Shown here: in pieces, positions 40,681 to 50,556 of the stretch
How the letters are laid out: each line of letters starts with the position of its first letter
Numbering within the stretch: position 1 is the first letter of the stretch
Source of the DNA: an uncultured Acidimicrobiaceae bacterium
Lineage (GTDB): Bacteria; Actinomycetota; Acidimicrobiia; Acidimicrobiales; RAAP-2
Assembly (NCBI GenBank): GCA_963812885.1
Contig: CAWEWZ010000005.1
Coordinates: 3,497-67,496 of the forward strand
DNA length: 64,000 bases
Direction: 5' to 3'
Translations under genes and position numbers: made by a program
The notes under the pieces: generated by a model
Database searches by the model: none
What the model saw: only the letters and a program-made list of their open reading frames with translations
What the model was told of the DNA's origin: nothing

Positions 40681-41984
40681 ATGGCACTGCGACCCTTTGC
40701 ACGGAACCCGAAGACCGACGAGGACGACGAGACCACCGAAGACCCGGCCAACGAAGTGGACCAGTTCTTCTCGGCGGAGCGAAGGCGACAGAAGGACGAG
40801 GCCGTCGAGGCGTCGGCCGAACCGCCCGGCTCCCTCGGTGAAGGATCCGGGTGATCCGGGCTGGTACCCGGACGCCACCACCCCGGGGCTGATGCGCTAC
40901 TGGGACGGCTTCCATCTGACCGGCCAGATCCTGCACGTCCACGCCCGCGCCGCTGATGCCCAAGGCCGTGAGCGGGACGAGGAGGTCGAGGCGGACAGTG
41001 ACGTGATCGACCGCGGTGCGCGGCTGACCGACGAGGCTCCGGACTCCGAAGCGGAGCTGGCTTCGTCGCTCGAATCCCTGCCCGTGCTCAACAAGGAGGA
41101 CGGTGAGTTCCTCCCTCCGTCACTGACCCTGGTCACACCGGCAGCCAACGATGCGCCGGTCGTCCCCGAGACGCCGCCGACCTCCGACCAGACCGTTGAG
41201 GCCGAGGCCGACCAGGCCGTCGCCTCCGAGCCGGTCGAGGCGGACACCGAGGTGCCGGTCGAGACCGAGATGGAGGAACAGGTCGACGACGGAGACCGAG
41301 GAGCAGGCCGACGCGGAGACCGAGGAGCAGGTCGAAGACGGTGCTGCGCCGGTCGACGACGTGAGCGTGACTGCCCGCCCGCCCGACTTGGATGATGACG
41401 ATGCCGAGAAGCACGCGGACGACTCCCGGCCGGAGCCCAGCGTGGCCTTCGGCCGCCCGGTCGTCGCCGGAGCGGCGGCGGAAGCCGAGAAGTGGGCCAA
41501 GGAGGCAGAGAAGGCCGTCGCCCGAGCGACCTCCGTCGGGACTCCGGAGACCTGGCAGGAGGCGGCCAGACTGGCCGTCGTCGTGTCGGAGATGGCCCAG
41601 ACCCTGCAGGCGGCAGCCGAGGCGACCCAGGTCGCGGCCCAGAAAGCCGATGCGGCGCAGGAGGCGGCCCAGCAGTCCCGGGCCGCGGCCCAGCGGTCCG
41701 CCGATGCCGGCCAGGCTGATCGGCAGGCCCAAAAGGCGGCCCAGGAAGCCGACGATGCCGCCAAGCGGGCCCGGCAGGCCGCGGTCGAGGCGAAGGAGGC
41801 CGCCGACCGGGCATCACAGGCCCTCCCGTCGTTCGTCGAGACCGAGAAGGCGGCAGCCCAGGAGGCGGCCGACGCCCAGAAGGAGGCCCAACGCCTACAG
41901 GAGATCGTCGGAAAGGCCAGCAAGTCGGATACGCCCTCGGCCTGGAGCGAAGCGCTCAAGCTGTCGACGGCGGCTGTCGCCTGA
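40681..41984 (+). CDS. DUF2510-motif protein with acidic repeat region and long Ala/Gln/Glu coiled coil; two frame breaks
   Basis: The acidic N-terminus runs from ATG 40681. GDPGWYPDATTPGLMRYWDGFHLTG (the DUF2510 signature) follows a shift at about 40840. The ETEEQ repeats and a coiled-coil tail of about 200 aa follow a shift at about 41291. Confidence 0.65.
41261..41339 (+). repeat. Three imperfect tandem copies (24-30 nt) encoding ETE(M)EEQVDD / ETEEQADA / ETEEQVED
   Basis: Read directly. GGAGACCGAGGAGCAGGNCGA occurs twice back to back, after a diverged first copy. One of the frame breaks lies at the copy 1/copy 2 junction. Confidence 0.7.
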
Positions 41985-42109
41985 TCCACCGTTCCCGGGC
42001 GGAGAGGTTCTCGATCTGAGCCCGGCCAGGGGCGGCCATCTCCGGTACCATCACCGCGGCCAGGACCGTGGCCGGCAGCGCTCGTCGGTCGAGCGACGGG
42101 GGATCGACG

Positions 42110-42769
42110 ATGGAAGACCGAATCACGCCGGTGCTCTACCTGGAGATGACCGACCGGCCCGCCGACCGCTACGCCCAGGAGCGGGTGCCCCAGGTGCTGG
42201 CCCTCCCGGGCGTGCGGGTGGCCAGCTGGTGGGCCAATTGCGTTCCGTTCCGAACCGACCTCCCCCGGACCCTCCACGAGTTCTCCGTCCTCGGTGTCTA
42301 CGAAGCCGACCGGTCATTTGCTCCCCCGAGCGCTGCCGCCGTGCCCGGTGACATCGCCGGGCTCTGCTTCGATCACTACCCGCGTCCCGGCCAGGGGACG
42401 GTGTCGGATCGCCCCACCCTCGGACTCGAGCTGGTGTTGATCAGCCCCCGGTCCGACGAGGAGGCCCAGGCGCTACGGGACTGGGCCGACTTCGTGCACA
42501 TCCGCGACATCGCCGCCGCCTCGCCCGACCACTTCACCATGATCACGCCCTACCAGAACCGGGCGCCCGGACCGCCCCGCTATCTGCACTTCTACGAGCT
42601 GGACACCGACGATCCCGAACCGGCCTTCCAGGGGATGACACCGGCCACCGTGGCCCGGGTCGGCGCCTACGGCACCCATCCGGTGCGGGAGTGGCGGGGC
42701 CACGAGGCCCTGGTGATCGACTACGTCAACACGTTCCGGCGCCTCGGAACGAAGACTCGACCGGCCTGA
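42110..42769 (+). CDS. Hypothetical protein (two similar halves, EthD/Dabb-like by eye)
   Basis: Intact ORF with high GC3, starting at ATG 42110. No confident family call. Confidence 0.5.
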   Translation: MEDRITPVLYLEMTDRPADRYAQERVPQVLALPGVRVASWWANCVPFRTDLPRTLHEFSVLGVYEADRSFAPPSAAAVPGDIAGLCFDHYPRPGQGTVSDRPTLGLELVLISPRSDEEAQALRDWADFVHIRDIAAASPDHFTMITPYQNRAPGPPRYLHFYELDTDDPEPAFQGMTPATVARVGAYGTHPVREWRGHEALVIDYVNTFRRLGTKTRPA

Positions 42770-42793
42770 CCGCTCCCGACCAGGCCCGGCGGT

Positions 42794-43207
42794 TCAACGG
42801 ATGAGGCCGAGGCCCTCCTGGCAGTGGGGCCCGCCCCAGTGCTCGGTGATGAGGCCGTCCTTGAGGCGCAGGATGGCCGTGCCGTTGATGGTGACCGGAT
42901 CACCCGACGGCGGGACGTCGTAGAACGGCGCGCCGGTATGGGTGCCGCGGACCGTCCAGTTGGACACCACCAGATCATCGGATTCGATCAACAGGTCGAC
43001 GGTGAAGGTCATGTCCGGAAACGCGGCCCGGGCCTGCTCCCACCACTTCGCCTCTTCGCCCCGGATGTCCTCCCCGTCCCGGTCCGGCGCCACCCGCGAC
43101 GTCACGTGGCTCCGGAATTCCGGTGCCCAGAACTCGTAGACGGCGTCGGTGTCCCCCGACTCCATGGCCGCGCTGTACTTGGCCAGGACCCTCAGATTCT
43201 CCGACAC
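42794..43207 (-). CDS. SnoaL-like ester cyclase family protein
   Basis: LAKYSAAMESGDTDAVYEFWAPEF..NWTVRGTHTG..NGTAILRLKDGLITEHW is the typical SnoaL/ester-cyclase pattern. Confidence 0.7.
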   Translation of the reverse strand: MSENLRVLAKYSAAMESGDTDAVYEFWAPEFRSHVTSRVAPDRDGEDIRGEEAKWWEQARAAFPDMTFTVDLLIESDDLVVSNWTVRGTHTGAPFYDVPPSGDPVTINGTAILRLKDGLITEHWGGPHCQEGLGLIR

Positions 43208-43312
43208 GACGACCTCCCCGCTTCGACGGACCGATCCACCCTACCCAGGCGTTCCCGGCCGGTCGATCGGCGGCCGTTGTGTGCCCTCCCCGATTGGGCA
43301 AGAGTTGGGGCC

Positions 43313-44311
43313 GTGCCCATCCTCGAACCGAAGCACGATCACCCGCATCCGGTCGAAGCCGATGTCGCCTGGAGCGAGTCCTACTACTTCAACGCCTACG
43401 ACCCGGGCACCGACAGCGGTTTCTTCACCCGCATCGGCATCCGGCCGAACGAAGGCACCATGGATGTCAACCTCTCGGTGTGGCTGCCCGACGGCCGGCT
43501 GGCCGAGCATCGCCACGTGGTCGACCAGCAGGAGATGGTCGATTCGCCCTTGGTGGTGGGCGGCGTGCGCTACGAAATGCTCGAGGCCATGAAGCGCTGG
43601 CGCATCACGGCCGATGTCGACGCCGTCGCCCGCGCCGGCGGCGGAACGGATGGACCCGGCCCCCTCGTCCGCCTGGTCGTGGACGCGACCTTCGATGCCC
43701 TCTCGCCGGCCGTGGGGACCGACGGGCAGCAGACGGACGGGGCCCGGACGGCCGAGGCGGCGGCGGCCACGGGCACGACCGGGAAGGGCCACCTCGAGCA
43801 GGCCGGACGCTGGGCCGGGTCGGTGACCGTCGACGGGACCGTGCATCCCTGGGCCGGCGCCCTCGGGAACCGCGACCGATCATGGGGCCCGCGGCGGTGG
43901 GGCGGACCGACCATGTGGCGGTGGTTCAGCATCAACATCGGGGAGTCGCTCCACTTCGGTGGCATCCGCCTGGGCACCGCCGCCGGTGACCTGCAACGCG
44001 GGTGGGTGTCCGAGGACGGACGGGTCACGAGCATCAGGGAGTGGAGGCTGCGCACCGAGTTGGCCGACGACGGGTTGACCCAGCAGAGGGTGCACGCCGT
44101 GGTCGTGGACAAGAAGGACCGGCACTACGAGCTGACCGGCGACGTACTGCGGGTGGCCGACATCGGCAAGGCGGGGGGCACAGTGGTCAACGAGGGTCTG
44201 ACCCGGTGGACCTACCGCACCGACGACGGCGCGGCCCGGTCCGGGTTCGGCATCGCCGAGTATCTCCACCAGGTGGATGGCCGCGGGCGACCGGCCGTTC
44301 CCGTCGATTAG
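43313..44311 (+). CDS. Conserved hypothetical protein
   Basis: GTG 43313 lies inside a longer ORF. WSESYYFNAYDP..FFTRIGIRPNEG..NRDRSWGPRRW..WRWFSINIG looks like a conserved actinobacterial family of unknown function. Confidence 0.5.
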   Translation: MPILEPKHDHPHPVEADVAWSESYYFNAYDPGTDSGFFTRIGIRPNEGTMDVNLSVWLPDGRLAEHRHVVDQQEMVDSPLVVGGVRYEMLEAMKRWRITADVDAVARAGGGTDGPGPLVRLVVDATFDALSPAVGTDGQQTDGARTAEAAAATGTTGKGHLEQAGRWAGSVTVDGTVHPWAGALGNRDRSWGPRRWGGPTMWRWFSINIGESLHFGGIRLGTAAGDLQRGWVSEDGRVTSIREWRLRTELADDGLTQQRVHAVVVDKKDRHYELTGDVLRVADIGKAGGTVVNEGLTRWTYRTDDGAARSGFGIAEYLHQVDGRGRPAVPVD

Positions 44312-44335
44312 ACGCCGGGTCGCGGGGGTGCGCCG

Positions 44336-45704
44336 GTGAGCCCGGACCCGGTCGACCTGGCCGTGGAGCTCGGGGCCGCGCTCGGCGGTCGGGTGACCGG
44401 AGTGCGACGGCTGTCGGGTGGGGCGTCCCGGGTCACCAGTGCATTCGACCTCCAGTTGGCCTCCGGGGAGGTCCGGCGCCTGGTCCTCCAGCAGGTGCGG
44501 GGGGTCGAGTTGACCCGGCCTCCGGGAGTGGAGATGGAGGCTGGTCTGCTGCGGGCGGCCCACGCCGCCGGTGTGCCGGTGCCGCAGGTGGTGGCCGCCG
44601 GTCGCCCGGACGGCCTCGATCCCGGCTGGCTGGTGGTCGAACGGCTCGAGGGCGAGGCCATCCCCCGACGGATTCTGCGCAACGACGAGCTGGCGGCCGC
44701 CCGCACCGGCCTCACCAGGGAGACGGCCGCCGCCCTGGCCGCGATCCACTCGATCGACCCCGGATCCGTCGCCGGGCTGCCCGATGCCGATCCCCTGCGG
44801 GATCCACGCCCCTTCCTCGAAGCGCTGGACGAGCAGCGTCCCGTCCTCGAGCTCGGGGCCCGGTGGTTGGAGCTAGGCGAAGCTACCGGACGGGGCCCGA
44901 CCGTCGTCCATGGTGACTTCCGGATGGGGAATTTCCTGGTGGATGCCCATGGCCTACGGGGCGTGCTCGACTGGGAGCTGGCCCACCGCGGCAACCCGGT
45001 CGAGGACATCGGCTGGCTGTGTGCGAGGGCCTGGCGGTTCGGCGGACCGGGTCGGGTCGGCGGATTCGGCGAGCTCGACGCCTTTCTGGCCGCCTACCAC
45101 GCGGCCGGCGGGCAGGCGGCGCCCACCGACGAGGTGCGGTGGTGGGAAGTGTACGCATCGGTCAAGTGGGCGGTGATCTGCATGCTGCAGGCCGGGACCC
45201 ACCTGCGTGGTTCGACCCGCTCGGTGGAACTGGCCGCCATCGGCCGGCGGGTCTGCGAGTGCGAGTGGGACATCCTGGGCCTGCTCGGAGTGGACACCTC
45301 GGTGGCGGAGAATGCAACCGGAAACGGAGCGGCGCCGACGAGCCCCCTGTTCGGCTCTCCGTCGGCGGCCGAACTGGTGGAGGCGGTGCGCGAGTACATC
45401 GAGACCAAGGTGATGGTGTCCACCGACGGACCGGCCCGCTTCGAGGCTCGGGTGGCCCGCAACGTGCTGGCCATGGTCGGCCGCGAACTGGATCTCGGAC
45501 CGGCAGCCGTGGCCGCCCATCGACGACCGCCTGCGCGCCCTCGGCGTCAGAAGCGACGCCGCGCTGGTGACGGCCATCCGCGCCGGCTCCTACGACCGGG
45601 ACCTCCCCGAGGTGGGGACGCTCCTGGCCGGCGGCGTCCGCGACCAGCTGCGGGTGGCCAATCCCTCGTATCTCCGGGACCCCGCGGCACCCGGCGCGGT
45701 CTGA
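44336..45704 (+). CDS. Aminoglycoside-phosphotransferase-fold (APH/choline kinase family) phosphotransferase; frame break near 45518
   Basis: HGDFRMGNFLVD and DWELAHRGNPVEDIGW are the Brenner and APH motifs. The conserved tail (IDDRLRALG..QLRVANPSYLRDPAAPGAV-stop at 45702-45704) is in the next frame. Confidence 0.8.
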
Positions 45705-45838
45705 GCGCCGTTGACCGGCCACCCCGGCCGACCCGGTCAGGGCAGGTCTACTGTGAGGCGAGGATCGGCGATGGGAGACGATGCGATGCAGCCCGGTGGA
45801 ACCGATCAGTCCGTCTCTACGATGGGCGGTGCCCACTA

Positions 45839-46418
45839 GTGCCACGGCTCTCGGAGGTGAGGCGGGCGGACGCCACCTCGCCGGTGGTGCTGGCCGCCTA
45901 CGACTTCATCTTCGGCGATCGCTGCCCGGTCGAGGTGCCGGGGACATCCGATGGTACGAGGGGCGACTGGTGGACGACCTACGCGCTGGTACCCGACGTC
46001 CTCGAGCACGCCGTCCAGGGTTTCCTGCTCTACCGGAGCGCCCGTCGGGCCCTCGACCCGCAGGTTCGGGAGCTGGCCCAGCTGCGGGTCGGGGTCCGGG
46101 CCGGGAGCGCCTTCGTCGAACGCCAGCACCGACGGGCCGCCCTCGCCGCGGGACTGTCCGAGGAGGTGGTCGATGCCGTACGCCAAGGCCGGGTCGCCGC
46201 CCCCGGACTCACGCCGGCCATGTCGGCCGCGCTGGCCTACGTCGACGCTCTGGTCATCGGACTCGGGGTCGTTCCGTCGAAGGTGGACGACGGATCTCAC
46301 CGGGCAGTTCGGCGACGAAGAGATCCTGGAGCTCACCTATATCGCCACGCTCTACCTGGCCCATGCGGTGGCGGCCAAGGCCCTCCGGCTCGAGGACGAC
46401 AACACTGCCCTCGGCTGA
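45839..46418 (+). CDS. Carboxymuconolactone decarboxylase (AhpD-like) family protein; frame break near 46290
   Basis: LDPQVRELAQLRVGVRAGSAFVERQH is followed in the next frame by TDLTGQFGDEEILELTYIATLYLAHAV. The start is uncertain. Confidence 0.6.
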
Positions 46419-46439
46419 TCCCCGGCCGGCGCGAAGCGT

Positions 46440-46825
46440 GACGCCGGGCCGCATCGGCTGCCCGGACCGAGGCGAACCGGGCGGCCCTCGATGCCCAGGA
46501 CACCAAGAACTTCGACTCCACGACCCGCAGCGCCTGGTTCACCGCCCATGTGGCGGGCAACGTCACGGCCGAATCGGTCAGCCGGAGCTGGCCCAAGCGG
46601 CGGCTCTCGACCCGAAGGCGAGTGCGCGATACGCGCTCGGGGTTCAGGCCGGCGCCAACTCCGACAACGACGGGCGGGACACCAACTACCTGGCCACGAT
46701 CTTGTTCCTCATCGGAATCAGTGGCCCTTCCGCTTCTTCCGGATCCGACTGGTCTGGTCATCCTGGGCGGCCTGATGCTGGTCGTCGCCGTGATCCAGAT
46801 CGCGATGTCGCCGCCCGTCCCGTGA
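46440..46825 (+). pseudogene. Fragmented membrane-protein remnant
   Basis: Pieces in three frames (EANRAALDAQDTKNFDSTTRSAWFTAHVAGN / ARYALGVQAGANSDNDGRDTNYLATILFLIGISG / LVILGGLMLVVAVIQIAMSPPVP-stop) resemble the C-terminal part of a small actinobacterial membrane-protein family. No credible start was found. Confidence 0.3.
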
Positions 46826-46909
46826 TCACCGAGGGCACCACGGCCGTCGTACCTCGCCACCGGATCACGTCAGTGCGTCGGCCCCCGCCCTCATCGGCGC
46901 AGGAGTCTA

Positions 46910-46939
46910 TTGACTATACGTATACACTGAGAGTATTCT
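46910..46939 (+). promoter_or_regulatory. Putative promoter of the PadR operon: TTGACT -35, 18-nt spacer containing palindrome TATACGTATA, TATTCT -10
   Basis: An AT-rich island in GC-rich DNA, 8 nt upstream of GAGG and ATG 46947. The 10-bp perfect palindrome (46915-46924) is a candidate PadR operator. Confidence 0.5.
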
Positions 46940-46946
46940 CCGAGGT

Positions 46947-47472
46947 ATGAGTGTACCCATGGCCCTTCTCGGGCTCCTCGATCGCGAACCGAGCCACGGT
47001 TACGACCTGAAGCGCGACTACGACTCCTACTTCGGCCGGGGCCGGCCGCTGCCGTTCGGCCAGGTGTACGCCACCCTCGCCCGCCTGGCCCGGGACGGGA
47101 GGGCGATGGTGGGCGAGGCTGAACCCGGGGCCGGCCCTGATCGCAAGCGCTACACCATCACCGAGACCGGGAGGAGCGAGGTCGAGGCGTGGCTGGCCGA
47201 CGCCGATCCCGGCCGAGCCCCACCTCCAGACCGATCTGTTCGTGAAGGTCGTGCTCTCCCTCATGCTCGACCGTCCGGCCGACGAGTACCTGGACATCCA
47301 GCGTGCCGCCCACCTGGCTCGGATGCGCGAGCTCACCGAGCTCAAGCTGACGGGCGGGATCGTCGACGCCCTCCTCGCCGACCACGGGCTCTTCCACCTG
47401 GAAGCCGATCTGCGTTGGATCGACCTCACCGCCGCCCGGCTCGCCGTGCTGGCCGAGGAGGTGACGGCGTGA
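46947..47472 (+). CDS. PadR-family transcriptional regulator; frame break near 47210
   Basis: ALLGLLDREPSHGYDLKRDYDSYF..RKRYTITETGRSEVEAWL is the winged-helix PadR core. The C-terminal helical part (EPHLQTDLFVKVVLSLML..) is in the next frame. Its stop overlaps the GTG of the ATPase (GTGA). Confidence 0.8.
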
Positions 47473-48188
47473 ATCCGGCCAACGGGTCCCTGGCGGTGGT
47501 TTCCGGGGCCACCATCCTCGAAGGGCGCGACCTCGTCCTCTCCTTCGGCGAGACTCCAGCCCTTCGCGGTGCGAGTGTCGCCGTGCAGCGTGGCGAGATC
47601 GTCGCCGTGATGGGTCCGAGCGGCTCAGGTAAGTCGACGCTGCTCCACTGCCTGGCCGGCATCCTCGTCCCCGACTCCGGCGAGGTCACTTTCGACGGCC
47701 AGCGCCTCGACACGATGCGGGAGGCAGGGCGCTCGAGGATGCGGCGTGACCGCTTCGGCTTCGTCTTCCAGTTCGGCCAGCTGGTCCCGGAGTTGACCGC
47801 CGAGGAGAACGTCGCCCTGCCGCTGTTGCTCGGTGGCACGCACCGGGCCGAGGCCCTCCGTGCCGCACGGAGCTGGTTCGACCGCCTCGACCTCGAACGG
47901 CATGGAGAGCCCACCGCACCGGCGAGATGTCCGGGTGGCCAGGCCCAGCGGGTCGCCCTGGCGCGTGGACTCGTCGCCCATCCCGACGTGCTCTTCGCCG
48001 ACGAGCCGACCGGTTCACTCGACTCGCTCAACGGGGAGATGGTCATGGGTCTGTTGACGGGCGCCGCACGCGAGCAGGGGTCGACGGTGATCCTCGTCAC
48101 CCATGAGCCCCGCGTCGCCGCCTACGCCGACCGCGAGGTCATCGTGCGCGACGGGCGGGTGGCCACACCGGCGGCGGTGGCCCGATGA
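47469..48188 (+). CDS. ABC transporter ATP-binding protein (MacB/FtsE type) with locally scrambled signature motif
   Basis: Walker A GPSGSGKST and Walker B VLFADEPT. The region 47903-47937 reads HGEPTAPARCPGGQ, whereas an alternative frame reads AHRTGEMSG, which matches the paralog (HRPSEMSGGQ). Confidence 0.85.
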   Translation: MNPANGSLAVVSGATILEGRDLVLSFGETPALRGASVAVQRGEIVAVMGPSGSGKSTLLHCLAGILVPDSGEVTFDGQRLDTMREAGRSRMRRDRFGFVFQFGQLVPELTAEENVALPLLLGGTHRAEALRAARSWFDRLDLERHGEPTAPARCPGGQAQRVALARGLVAHPDVLFADEPTGSLDSLNGEMVMGLLTGAAREQGSTVILVTHEPRVAAYADREVIVRDGRVATPAAVAR

Positions 48189-50429
48189 TTCGGCTCGGGC
48201 TGCGGCTGACGCTCGGAAGCGGTCGCGAGGCGCTGCTGCGGGTCCTGGTCACCGCGGCGGCCGTCGCTCTCGGTGTCGGTCTCCTGCTGGCCGCCCTGGC
48301 CGGCACCAACGGGTTACGGGCTCAGTCCGACCGTGGCGGGTGGCTCGACTCCGCCGCGCAGGCGGTACCGTCCCAAGCGGGCACGCCGTCCGACCGGCTG
48401 TGGTGGCTGTCGAGCACTGATCAGTTCGGTCTCCAGGCGATTGATCGGGTCGACCTGGCCGCCGCCGGACCGAACGCTCCCGTCCCTCCGGGGATACCGC
48501 ACCTACCGGGACCGGGCCAGTACTACGTCTCGCCGGCCCTGGCCACGCTCATCAAGTCCGATGGCCGCCGATCAGCTCGGTGACCGGTTCCCCGGACAGC
48601 AGGTCGGGACCATCGGCACCGCGGCGCTGCCGTCCCCGAACTCGCTGATCATCGTCGTCGGCCACACGGCACGCCAACTTTCGCAGGCACCCGGTGCTGT
48701 CGAGGTCGGCGCCATCCAACGCACATCGGCCGACTGCTACGCCTGCCAGAACGCCGTCGGGAGCGGACCTGTTCTGCAGTTCATCCTGGTCGGCGGAGCC
48801 GTCGCGCTCTTGTTGCCGGTGCTGATCCTGATCGCCACGGCGAGCCGGTTGTCCGCCGCCCGGCGCGAGGAGCGCCTGGCCGCCATGCGACTGGTCGGCG
48901 CCACGCCGCGTCAGATTTCTGTCGTCTCCGCGGTGGAGGCAGTGGTGGCGGCGGTGGCCGGCGTCGCCGCCGGCTTCGCACTGTTCTTCGTGTTCCGACC
49001 ACTGCTTTATCACGTGCCCTTCACCGGTGCGCCTCTCGCCCAAGGCGACCTGTCGCTGGACGGGACCGACATCGTGATCGTCATGATCGGCGTCCCGATT
49101 GCCGCTGTCGTCACCGCCCGGCTGGCGCTCCGTCGGGTCCAGATATCGCCGCTCGGCGTGCAGCGGCGAGCGTCGTCCCACCCACCGCGCATGGTACGGA
49201 TCATCCCGCTTCTTGCCGGTATCGCCCTGCTGGCGTACTTCGACGCCGCCGGCAAGCCGGATGCGGTCGGCGGCCAGCTTCTCGAGCTGCTCGTGGGCTT
49301 CGTGCTCCTCGTGGTCGGTCTGGTCGTGGCCGGACCGTGGTTCACCACCGCCGGTTCCCGACTGATGGTCAAGCGGGCCAGCCGCCCCGCCTCGCTCATC
49401 GCCGGTCGTCGGCTCCTCGACAATCCCAAGGCGGCATTCCGGTTCATCAGCGGGCTGGTGATCGCCCTCTTCATTGCCAGCGCGGTCGTCGGCGCGCTCA
49501 GCTCGGTCACTGCTGACAGCAGCTCCGCGGGAGGAAGCGCGGGGAGCGACACGCTCGCCGACCCGTTCTGCGCCTTCTCCACATCGAATTGTCCCGTCTC
49601 CGCCCAGGTTCCTTCGGTCCCAGGGCCGGTCCTTGACGAGCTCCGCACGACACCCGGGGTGCGCGCGGTGACGGTCGTCCACCAGAGCCCGTCCCAATCC
49701 CAAGCCCCGGGGAGATCGTTCGGGGTCGTCACGTGCGTCCAGCTGGTGAAGACCCCCGCCATCGGCAAATGCGCTCGGGGAGCGACGGTGGCCAGTGTCG
49801 GCTACTTCCTTTCGAACCTCCTCGGGCACAACTCGCACGCGTCGACGACGGTCTGGCCGTCCGCGCCCCTGTCCGTGGCGGAGGCGGCGCGCCTCCCCGT
49901 CGATGCGGTGGTCGTGGCCACGGATGGGTCGACCGCCTCACTCGAGCGGGCCCGGACCTCGCTCGAACGAGCCTTTCCCTTCCAGGGCGGTGGGGTTGCC
50001 GTCGATGCACTCGATCCGTCGACGGCGCGCCTTCTGGTCATGCTCCAGGACATGACCGAGGTCATCATCGTGGCCAGCCTCATCATCGCCGCCTGCAGTC
50101 TGGCCGTGAACATCGCCGCCGGGTTGGGCGAGCGGAAGCGCCCGTTCAGCCTGCTCAGGCTCACCGGTGTCCCCATCGCGCTCCTCGATCGGGTCGTGGC
50201 GCTGGAGAGTGCGCTGCCCCTTCTCCTGGTGTCCGCCGTGTCGCTCGTCGTCGGCCTCGTGTCCGCCGCGCTCTACCTCCACTCCCAGGTCGGCATCGCC
50301 TTCAGCATCCCGGGGATTGCCTTCTGGGCCACCGTCCTGGGTGGGCTGGCTGCTTCACTGGCCATCATCGCCTCGACGTTCCCGCTCCTCAACCGGATGA
50401 CGGGGCCCGAGGTCGCCCGAAACGACTGA
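48185..50429 (+). CDS. ABC transporter permease with FtsX-type modules; frame break near 48555
   Basis: The ATGA overlap with the ATPase stop, an N-terminal TM segment and a large extracytoplasmic region are followed by FtsX-like helices (RREERLAAMRLVGATPRQI.., ERKRPFSLLRLTGVPIALL..). Confidence 0.8.
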
Positions 50430-50508
50430 TCGGAAGGGACCGTGTCCGGGCCGACCTCGCCCGTCGCCTGCCATGGCAACCACCCCACTGATCGCAGCCA
50501 TTGCACTT

Positions 50509-50531
50509 GACTCTGACCATGGGACAGGGTC
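50509..50531. promoter_or_regulatory. Imperfect dyad GACTCTGACC-atg-GGACAGGGTC upstream of the MerR-PP2C gene
   Basis: 8 of 10 positions are complementary between the arms. It overlaps a TTGACT hexamer and lies about 25 nt before ATG 50557. I could not place a convincing -10. Confidence 0.25.
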
Positions 50532-50556
50532 CAAGCTTCCTTCTGTGAATGATCTC

